Shown here piece by piece: positions 54,531-64,000 of a stretch of DNA of 64,000 bases. Numbering within the stretch: the first letter of the stretch is position 1; each line of letters starts with the position of its first letter. The stretch spans positions 122,953-186,952 of the forward strand of contig MU619240.1 in NCBI GenBank assembly GCA_025201805.1, in the 5' to 3' direction. The notes below the pieces were generated by a model. That model saw only the letters and a list, made by a program, of their open reading frames with translations, was not told where the DNA came from and searched no databases. A program made the translations under genes and the position numbers. Source of the stretch: Parasitella parasitica NRRL 2501. Its lineage: Eukaryota; Fungi; Mucoromycota.

Positions 54531-56599
54531 TTAAAGAGCATAAATTTCTTGTGCATCCTCATCATATTTGGTTCTTCTATGATTATTATTGCTGTTGCTG
54601 CTGTTGCTGCTTTCTGGTGCATCGCTACTGTATGCATCGTCTAAATCATTCTCGTTCTGTGGCAGGCTCATCCAGCCGTCTTCCGTCGATGATAAATCTG
54701 ATGTTTCTAAAGGTATCCAAATAAGGTAGACTATAAATGATAGATAGACCACACCTGTGATTCCAATTATAATTGCAGAAGTGAGATTTGTGACATGGTT
54801 CACGAATAAGAATATGTCGAATGCAATCACCACAGCTGTTAATCCCCAACATGTGATATGCAAGAATAAAGAAGGTCGAAATTCCTTGGATAATACGTTT
54901 GGCGATGTGGATAGTTTGATGATTGGAACAAGTACAGTGGGCAAACAAACACTGTTGCAAAGAATGTTCATGTCAATAGCGCAAATAAACAGCCCATTCA
55001 CGCCTTACCTTTGTAATACATTCAGCAATTCGCCCATTGTATCAAAATGATCTACTGCAAAAATAGCAACCAACATGCCAGGAACCAGTGAGATACTACG
55101 GGTAACCGCAACACGATGCCAGTCCTTTTTAAAGATATTGCCAAAGAATCCTTCTGTTACATATTGTCCAGCTAATGTACCAGTCATAGTAGAACTTTGT
55201 CCAGCTAAAACAAACAGCATTGTGTTACTTGAATTCTATAAATCATGTAAAATATTTTTTACCTGCAAGTAGACCAGCAGCCCAGAAATATTTGGCAGCG
55301 GATCCCAGCGTACCACTCAAAACTTTATCAGCATCGTCTAAACCAGGAATTTTAATAGGCCCAGAATGATCCGGTTTAAAAAATACTACACAACAAAAAA
55401 AAAAGTTAAAATAGCTGCCATTATAAAAATATTCTATATTTACCTTGAGCAAATACAACCACAATAGCTAAATTGACGAAAAAGGAAACACTTAATGCCA
55501 AAATGGATTCGATGGCAAAGTAAAAGTTGGCTTCCTTCAGTTTGCGTATAGATGGTTGTCGACCTAAATCGCGAGACATGACAAGCGCACTATGCAAAAA
55601 CATGTTGTGGGGCATGACAATGGCACCCAGCATAGCAACAGCTTGAAGCTCAGCATTTTTAGGCACATAAGGCACAATGACACCCTCAATGATTTTGCGC
55701 ACATCAGGTTGGGATTGAACTAATTCAACCCAAAAACAAACAGCCATCATGGTGATCAGCACCATAAAAAATGCTTCTAATCGACGGATGCCGTAGCGCT
55801 GAATCATCATGAATGTAAAGGTGTCTGTTGCTGTCATCAAAACGCCTGCCCATAAAGGAAGTCGAAGTAAAATATGCAATGCGACTGCCGTGCCCACAAT
55901 CTCCAAGATATCAGCTCCAATGATTGCCAATTGTGCAAAACTCCATAAAACAAGAGTCAGCTTTTTGGAATAGCTTTGTCGAATCAGTTGAGCAAGATGT
56001 TTTCCTGTAATTGTACCTAATCTAGCTGATAGCAATTGGAATATAAGGCCTAGCTTTTGTTTTTAGTTTTGCTTCATTATTTACGAAAAAAAAAAAAAAG
56101 AAAATAGCAACAAATTACCAAGAACATGAGACCAGAATAAGAGCCATAACAAGCTATATCCAGCTACTGCGCCTGTTTGTAAATCAGACTCTAGATTTCC
56201 TGGATCAAGGTAAGCAATCGACCTAAATTTTTACGAAAGTGATTAGAGACCTTACATGTTTATTGTTTCAGAGGTTTTACATTAACCAGCCTACGTATAT
56301 AACATTCAATCAGTCTCTGTTTCAAACGAATGACATTAAGAATATTTACCTGGTCCAGTATATTTCCACAGCTTTTTGAATGAGAAGCAAGATTCAGACA
56401 CTGTGCCAGTATCTACTTCAGGTTTTATTTCCAAATCACCACCAAATACTCTGCTTCCATTCATCGTTGTCCGTTGTTGTGGTGATTGGCTGCCATGAAA
56501 ACGCTCGTTTTTAGATAGCAATGGGTCTTCATGTTCTGTCAGGGTAAAAATGTCTAAATCATCGTCTTGAGATAAACGTCTAGCATCATGAGGCACCAT
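54531..56599 (-). CDS. NRAMP/SLC11 divalent metal transporter (Smf-like)
   Basis: [67 protein letters not shown]. Confidence 0.96.
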
Positions 56600-56897
56600 A
56601 GTTTCTGTTTTAAAAGTGCTATATACAAAGAGAAGAAAGAAAGAGAAAGAGTGCCTTGTCTCGGTATGAGAAAACGAAAAAGATTAAAAGAGGAAGAAAA
56701 GCAATGGAAGCCAAATAAAACCAAGAAATGTTCATCTCCACCCAATTAGCGCACGGTGACGTTCCATAGTAATCAACTGGCCTCATTGTATATATGACAC
56801 ACTAACACTAGTATACTATTATATTTAGAAGCTTATTTTGCTTGTACCCTCTGTTTCTTTTTGTACCCTGCAGTGCATTATGACTTTTTCTCTCTAA

Positions 56898-56953
56898 GAT
56901 AACCTGCCATGGGGATAAGACATCTCTTTAAGATGATAATCAAAATCTGATAA
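56898..56953 (+). promoter_or_regulatory. Cluster of four GATAA sites including ATCTGATAA
   Basis: GATAA at 56898, 56914, 56935 and 56949, 300-355 nt upstream of the NRAMP ATG. Confidence 0.5.
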
Positions 56954-57419
56954 TAATTATTATTTTTGGTTACACTAGGTTTCGCACATACACGGAACAG
57001 TTTTCGTTTGAAAGTGTGCACGCTTCCGAAAATGGGTTTTTTGCTTCATAGCATAGTAGAGCATAGACGATGAGAACGGTGATGATCAGCAAATGATTTA
57101 AATTGACACTTATTGCCCCGATATGTGAAATTTAAATAAAATATCAGATGTAATAGAGTACGCACCTTCACGTTACTTTTCGGGGAGTAAGCAAATCTAA
57201 ACAAACCATCTCAATCGAAGGTCATTTAATTTGACGAGGACCGAACAATGCTTGGTTGATATACTCTTGCGAGGCATGTGCATGTGATAGCACATAACCC
57301 TATCATTTAGTGCTCCTTCAAATTTTTGTACTTTTTATACTACAAATTATTTTATATATATACATAGTAGATATTGTATATTTACGTGGTGTTTTTATGC
57401 TCCAAAAACTAGTTTCCAT

Positions 57420-58240
57420 TGAGGTGCAAAGATTTATCTTGGTGTCAGGCAAAAGCCAGCATTTCTCACACACAGTATTCTGAGTTTAAATATCAGATTG
57501 GGTTTCTTCGACCCAAAATTGATCAAAAAAATAAGATTGTCAAATACTCTACAAAATGTATAGTAACGTGTTTTGGCTCACTAAACGTTTTATCATTACC
57601 TTAATTTTCTTAATCTAAAAGTGAAGTTTAAAAAAAACTTTTTATAGTAAAATAATTTTTAATTTGACAATAAATATTTTAAAGTTTTCTGGCAATAAAT
57701 CAAATTTTTACATAATTTTTTTTTAATGTAATTTGATATTGTTGTACCTCACATTATTCTACACATTTTGACAACCCTTTTGCTACTTGTAACTGCATTT
57801 ATTGTTGAGATATCGACGATTTTTCGTGTTTTGCGGGATTTGAATATCAATGGATGAGTAGTTGCCCATGAAAAACTGAATCAAAACGAAGCATCCAATT
57901 TTTCAGGACATACTTTTTCATGTATCTCGCTCAAAAATTGTGCGTTTTTTGAGCTAAAAGACTTAATAAATAGCTTATTACGAGTAAAATAAGTCTGTGT
58001 CAAAAAATACATATTATTCATAATGTATTTTTCTTGCACATGCGATAAGGTGCCAAAAATTTCCAAAAAATTAAAAATCTAAAAATGTTGTGATAGTCAG
58101 ATATGTTATAAAGCGCTTCAAAAAATAACGTTTTGTCTTATGAAATACTGCTCTAGCTTGATTTTTCGTGGAGATATGTTACAACAAAGGTGCAAATTTT
58201 AAGCAGCAGCAGCAGTGTAAAAACAAAATCAAATCCCGGC
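57420..58240. mobile_element. AT-rich relic resembling a non-autonomous DNA element
   Basis: Non-coding; GAGATAT(C) motifs also seen at 25233 and 33430; only a 10-bp inverted match (CGGGATTTGA / TCAAATCCCG). Confidence 0.2.
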
Positions 58241-58918
58241 CATGGGACCAAGAGAAGTACAGTGTAGGTATAACTCGCCGCACCTACATTTGAGTATATG
58301 CAGATAAAAAATCCTATTGTGTGCAATGTAAAAGCACTGCCATAATTTAGACGTAACTACTGGTTTAAGATCCAAGATCGTAATCAGGCAAATTTGATAG
58401 ATTTTTTATATCGACAACATTAAGTATACGTCTTATTAATTTATAAGCTTCCAAGATGTTTGTTGTTAAAAGAACTATGAAAGGAGACAGAATGTCGAGA
58501 ATGAATGGCATGATTTTCTAGTCGTTTCCTGCGGTGAGTTGCTCCGGTCAGGAGATGAACAATGAAAAGGCCAACTTAGATGGCCAGATTTATATCGGCT
58601 ACTTCTCGAGCAGGCTGCTTACCTGATTAAAAGAAACTGATATATATCCAAGCAACTATCTAGTGTATATACACAATGCAGTGTTACATTTACATCAAAA
58701 TCGTTGAATATTGTAGATGTTATCATACGAAGCCAGACCCTAATTTACTTTTTGGTTGCACTATAATTCGGGCGCCGTTTCCGACCTTCTCTTGCTCCTA
58801 TATTGATGTATGATGTTAAAACACTGATCTTTTCTATCTCTTTTCTTTCTTTTTTTTTTTTTTTTTTNNNNNNNNNNTTTTTTTTTTTCAGAAATACAAC
58901 ATTGAAAAAGCTTTCAGT

Positions 58919-61184
58919 ATGGATCCTGAGCCTGAAACTGCTTTATTCGATACCACGGACTTGGTTTTGTTGACCGCTATTGGATTAGGCACAGCTGCCT
59001 GGTTTGGTAGACATCAACTCGCTGAAATATTTGGCAAAAAGAAGCAAAAGGTAACAGTAGCCAACACTAATCCAGCCCAACCAAAGCGAGAGACAAATTT
59101 TGTCAAGGTGATGGAACAACAGGTAAACCCAACCCCCCATGGGAGCTCTCCTTTTAAAAGTTTTGGCATCGAATTAACATGAGATGCCATCGTCTAGGGT
59201 CGCAGAGTTATTGTATTTTACGGTTCGCAGACAGGCACAGCAGAGGGTTTCGCGGCTCGCATTGCAAAAGAATGCTCTCAGAGATTTGGTGTCAGTTGTA
59301 TGACGGCAGATTTGGAACTATACGACCTCAGCTACTTGGACCAGGTACCCAAAGACAAACTTGTCGTCTTTGTATTGGCCACATATGGCGAGGGAGATCC
59401 CACCGATAATGCCATGGAGTTTTGGGACCTAGTTACAGAAGATGAGCCTGCTTTCTCGGAGAGCAACGACGATAGGCCTTTGTCAAATTTGAATTATGTC
59501 ATGTTTGGCCTGGGTAACAAGACATACGACCAATATAACGAGGTATCCCGTCGTGTCAACAAGTGTCTTTTGAAGTTGGGCGGCAACCTTATTGGTAAGG
59601 CTGGCGAGGGCGATGATGATGCTTCTATGGAAGAGGATTATTTGGCATGGAAGGAGCTCATGTGGCCTGCTTTTTGTGAAACTTTGGGTGTGGATGAAAA
59701 CTCTGCAAGATCTGGACCTAGAGAACCTGTCTATTTTGTTGAGGAACTGTCTGAATATGAAAAAAATGATGTTTACTTTGGCGAATTGGCTGAAAAGGCC
59801 AGAAACAACGCGTAAGTTCTGCAAAGAAAGTTACATTGCGTGTGCGATGACTAATATACTTCATCGTAGTAAGACAATCTATGATGCTAAACGTCCTTAT
59901 ACAGCTGTGATGACATCCCGCGAGCTCTTCCATGGTGCGGATCGTCATTGTATGCACATTAATGTTGACATTAGTGGCACAAACCTCAGTTACACTACGG
60001 GTGATCATCTTGCCATTTGGCCCACCAACAATGAGACTGAGGTCAACCGCCTTGCATCGGTTTTGGGCCTGACAGACAAACTGGATACCGTTGTCCTGGT
60101 TAAAGCTATCGATCCAATGGCGCCCAAAAAGCATCCTTTCCCTATTCCTGCCACATACCGCTCCATTTTCAGACACTATATTGAGATTTGCGCTCCCATT
60201 TCTCGCCAGGTACTGAACTCTTTTGTTGAATATGCTCCCTCCGAAGATGCCAAAGCAAACTTGACTCGATTGGCTACCGATAAGGATGAGTATCGTATGC
60301 AAGTTGGAGATGCTTGTCGTAATTTAGGGGAAGTGCTTCAATTGGTTACAGGTGCTGATACACGTCCTGGTCTGTTTGCAAATGTTCCCTTTGACCTGGT
60401 TGTTGAAACAATTGCTCGAATGCAACCTCGCTTCTACTCTATTTCAAGCTCTTCCAAGGAAAGCCCTAATGTCATTTCTGCCACTGTTGTTACATTATCT
60501 TACCAACCGCTTCTTACACCTCATCGCACTGTCTACGGAGTTAACTCCAATTTCCTGTACAGCATTCACACACAAAAAGATCCGTCTATCGCAGATGGTC
60601 AAGAGTATCCTGTCTACGACTTAGCTGGCCCTCGTCAAGCTTTTTTGGACCATAATGGCCATTGCCACAAGATCCCTGTTCATGTTCGCCATTCTCAGTT
60701 CAAGTTACCTCGTAATCCTACTGTTTCTGTTATTATGGTTGGCCCAGGAACAGGTGTCGCACCTTTTCGTGGATTTGTCCGTGAGCGTGCTCTTGAAAAG
60801 CGCAACGGTAAGCCTGTGGGTACCACTCTTTTATTCTATGGAAGCCGTAATCAATCTCGAGATTTCCTTTATTCTGATGAATGGCCTGAACTTTTTGAAA
60901 CATTGGGCGGTGACTCTCAGATCATCACTGCGTTCTCTCGTGATCAAGCGCAAAAGGTATATGTTCAACATCGCCTTCGCGAAAATGGAGCCAAAGTATG
61001 GGAATTGCTGCAAAAAGGAGGTTATGTTTATGTTTGTGGTGATGCTAAAAGCATGGCTCGTGATGTCAATCAAACTTTTGTCAATTGTGCCGTCGACTAT
61101 GGTGGTATGACTAATGAGAAGGCTCATGAGTATGTTAAGGGCTTAAGAACAACTGGCCGCTATCAAGAAGATGTTTGGAGTTAA
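58919..61184 (+). CDS. NCP1: NADPH-cytochrome P450 reductase
   Basis: N-terminal anchor, YGSQTGTAE, ATYGEGDPTDNA, FGLGNKTY, RFYSISSS, MVGPGTGVAPFRGF, YVCGDA, YQEDVWS. Introns about 59123-59197 and 59812-59868. Confidence 0.97.
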
Positions 61185-61895
61185 TTACATCACAACAGGT
61201 TACTGTGAGCATTCCACCCGGTTTTTTTTTTTATTTTTTGTATTCATCATTGCAAAGCATTTTAATATATAGACTTTCTACTTTTTCACATCAAAAAATT
61301 TCAGCTCTGTATTAACTCTACGCCATCCCCACTTTATATATAATACTGCTTATATCCCTTTATTTTCATCAAACAAATCATAATTAATAAAGCAAAATAC
61401 TATGATATCTGTATGAAACTACTTATTTGCACCATCTTTATTTGTAATAAGCAATCTAATACTGCTGTCGTGTAATCTAGCCAGACATTAGCAAGAGATC
61501 TAACCTTACGTATACGTTGAAGAATACCATGTAGACATAATCATCCTTAAAAAAGTTCAATTACGGGGACATGCTATAAATATGCCAAATTTTGGCTTTT
61601 GATTTGTGTAACACACGGTGAATTTGCTATAAATTATACTAATTTCTTTTAAATGCATTGGCCATGTCAAATAACAAAATTTCATTAGAAAATGGCTCAA
61701 ATGGCAAGACTAACTTGAGATTTATTAATTGTATATTTATGCGCATCGTATATATTGTGCAAATGATGTAGCAGTGCTTTAATTGCTGCATAAAGATGAT
61801 TTTCATTGCATGCGATATGAATTTGCAAAAAACAAAATATCTTTTATTCATCAGCTTTTATCTTTAAGAAGATATTTGGTATGATTAAATTTGAT

Positions 61896-62438
61896 TTAAT
61901 AAGAGGGAACGCAACAGGTGGATGATTCGACAAACTCCCTAGTGTTTACATGTATACGTGAGACACCATACTTTAGATATAGTTTGCTTGTTTTACCATT
62001 CTCCCTCAACAATATCGTTTGTCATTTCGTATTTCATCAAGGCCTGGGAGAGTTCATCTAGAGCTGCCTGCACTTTTGAGATACCATCAGTCTCAACCTC
62101 AGACCAGAGCTGTTCTGAGAGATATTCCTTCAATTGTAAGCATTCCTCATAAGCATCCTATGTGACCGCATAGACCCATCAGTGCATGCAATAAACCTCG
62201 CTATAATCCACTCTATATTACCTTAGCAGTTTCATTTGTTTTGACTTGTTGTGGGTCGATCATAACAAGCATGTGTGCCAAGAAGGAACTTGACTTTCTT
62301 GAGTTTACGATGGCCTCATCCACACTGAGATTTAAAGGGGTAGACTATATTGAAATGTTGAGTACAATTGTCAAATGCTGGATCCATTGAGCACTGAGAT
62401 ACCTTTGAAACGGTATATCCAGCAACTTGACAAGACAT
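61896..62438 (-). CDS. Small 4-exon protein (120 aa): GAT-like domain + C-terminal AIM/LIR-like motif
   Basis: Exons 62438-62403, 62344-62222, 62157-61997, 61938-61896. Three GT-AG introns (58, 64, 58 nt) join into one open frame. Absent from the ORF track. Confidence 0.75.
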
Positions 62439-63760
62439 TCTATATAAAGTATGAAGAAAAAAAAGAAAAGAGGTGGAGAGAAGAAAGAAAAAGAAGAGTA
62501 AAAGGGAGACAAGCGGTTATTATTTCCTAAACAATGAGCAAGGCGTGTACTTTCACATGTTAACGGGTTTTGGATGCTCAGAATACGTCGCTCTCAAACA
62601 AAACAAGTATGATCAAACTACAAACTTTGTGCTACTCTGTACATATTGACTTTATATGTACAATTACACCTGCAAATAAATGCGTTCTCAAGCGTTATGG
62701 TTTAGGAAGGTATCATAAGAACGTGAGTAAAAAAAAGTTGCTGTTGCATCTTATTGTATTAGATATAAAGATGTTGAAAAACAAAGAAAAGTCCATAAAG
62801 AAATCAAAGCAAGTTCTGTTCTTTCCAAAAGGGAAAAACCCAGGACTTATTGTTCCATAATGAACAGGTACGAATGCATTTAATCTCACCACAACAAGTA
62901 ATACCCCAATACATAAACAGTTTCGATTTATATCTGAAAGAAAAACAAGTAGTTCGCCTTCGACAGATTCTTTTTCGTCAAAAGGTTGATCTGGGATTAG
63001 TTGCTATAGAGCAAACAGGTGTGTGATTTATGACTCGATAGCACGCAGCAAAACGAAATAAAAAATAAAGCCTTTTACGATAAGATTAAGCTGTATATCC
63101 CAAAAAGAATATTTGCCCAGTAACAAAAGCGTTTTCATGTGCGACCTTATTTCTACACTATTACTACCAATATAATGACAGATATCTTGAAAGAGGAACT
63201 AGCCATACATTGTAGCATTTGAAATAGCATAAGTTGGGTTTGAGATAAGGGATGATAAGAATAAAAGTGTTTATTTTATAGCATCATGCTCATGCAAGTG
63301 TTGTTACAACGTTTTTAATTAGACGATTTATGGATACATATAATAGAATTCCAAAAACTAGAAAAGTTTATTTTTAAAATAAACTCATAGCTACATACTG
63401 CATTGCAAATCAACATAAGAAAAAAAAAAATTTGTGTGGGATCTGTGAAAATAAGAATGTCTCATAAATCAAATGCAAACTCTGTAAACAGAGAACACTC
63501 TTGCCGAATAAAATAACAGTGAAGCTTTGGTGCCGCATATGTTTAAGAAGCTTTTCAAAGAACACTGATGGCTTGAACCACATCCTGCTGATAGCACTTT
63601 GCCCATCACAAAGGCTCGCCTTCGACAATTAAGAGAGAGATTTTTTACATGTCCCACCCAAAACAAAGTCAAATAAAAAGATTTTTCTCATCGTATGGCA
63701 CCTTGATTCCTTTCCATCTCTTTCTCAACATTTCGTTTTAACTATCACTGATCCTACATC

Positions 63761-64000
63761 ATGTCATATAATAGTGGCTCGACATCTGAAGAGCAGCTTC
63801 CAGAGGTCTTTCGACGTCTAGGGAAGACGGTTCCCCCAAGAGAAAGGCGAAGCTATTCGGGTGGTCAGCAAACATTTGATACTAGGCCGAGAACTGCGCC
63901 AGAACAGCAATGGTCCGCCTTTTACCAACCTCAACATAATTTTCAACAAGCCAACTATTCTGATATAGCGACCCAGGCATCCAATCCCCTTCCCATCTAC
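63761..64000 (+). CDS. 5' end of an unknown protein (runs off the window)
   Basis: atcATG after a pyrimidine tract; 80 sense codons MSYNSGSTSEEQLPEVFRRLG... with no stop. Confidence 0.6.
   Translation, partial: MSYNSGSTSEEQLPEVFRRLGKTVPPRERRSYSGGQQTFDTRPRTAPEQQWSAFYQPQHNFQQANYSDIATQASNPLPIY

Noticed and set aside
34891-61184. HEM1, RLI1, NRAMP and NCP1 as an iron/heme gene cluster
   Set aside because: Spread over 26 kb and interleaved with unrelated housekeeping genes; no shared motif seen.

Overview
Eukaryotic, AT-rich, gene-dense fungal DNA with short (about 55-90 nt) spliceosomal introns. It is most consistent with a Mucorales (Mucor-like) genome; this is inferred from intron size, gene content and protein style. 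I can support about 22 protein-coding loci: a polyQ Whi3/Scw1-like RRM protein, an ankyrin protein, IPI3, SPE2, a GT49 glycosyltransferase, a TGL lipase, a bHLH factor, ALA1, RRP4, ATG26, HEM1, SEC20, RLI1, a TM7S3/TMEM198-like protein, a Zn-ribbon protein, POL5, an SRSF3/7-like SR protein, a Rom2/Rgf-like RhoGEF, an NRAMP transporter, NCP1, an orphan ORF and a partial gene at the right edge. There is also a 4-exon, 120-aa gene missed by the ORF track, a decayed Pex24-family pseudogene, two copies of a solo-LTR-like repeat, long poly(T) tracts and three 10-N assembly gaps. I saw no tRNA, rRNA or CRISPR. Best leads: (1) the hidden gene, which looks like a stand-alone GAT domain plus a splice-dependent C-terminal Atg8-interacting motif, i.e. 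a candidate minimal ubiquitin-autophagy receptor; (2) a poison-exon/alternative-donor layout in the SR gene; (3) a non-AUG uORF ending RPP-stop upstream of AdoMetDC; (4) a USPL1-like Zn ribbon without a protease domain; (5) a GATA/SreA-type site cluster at NRAMP. Family calls come from motif recognition only, with no database search, and exon boundaries were read by eye.
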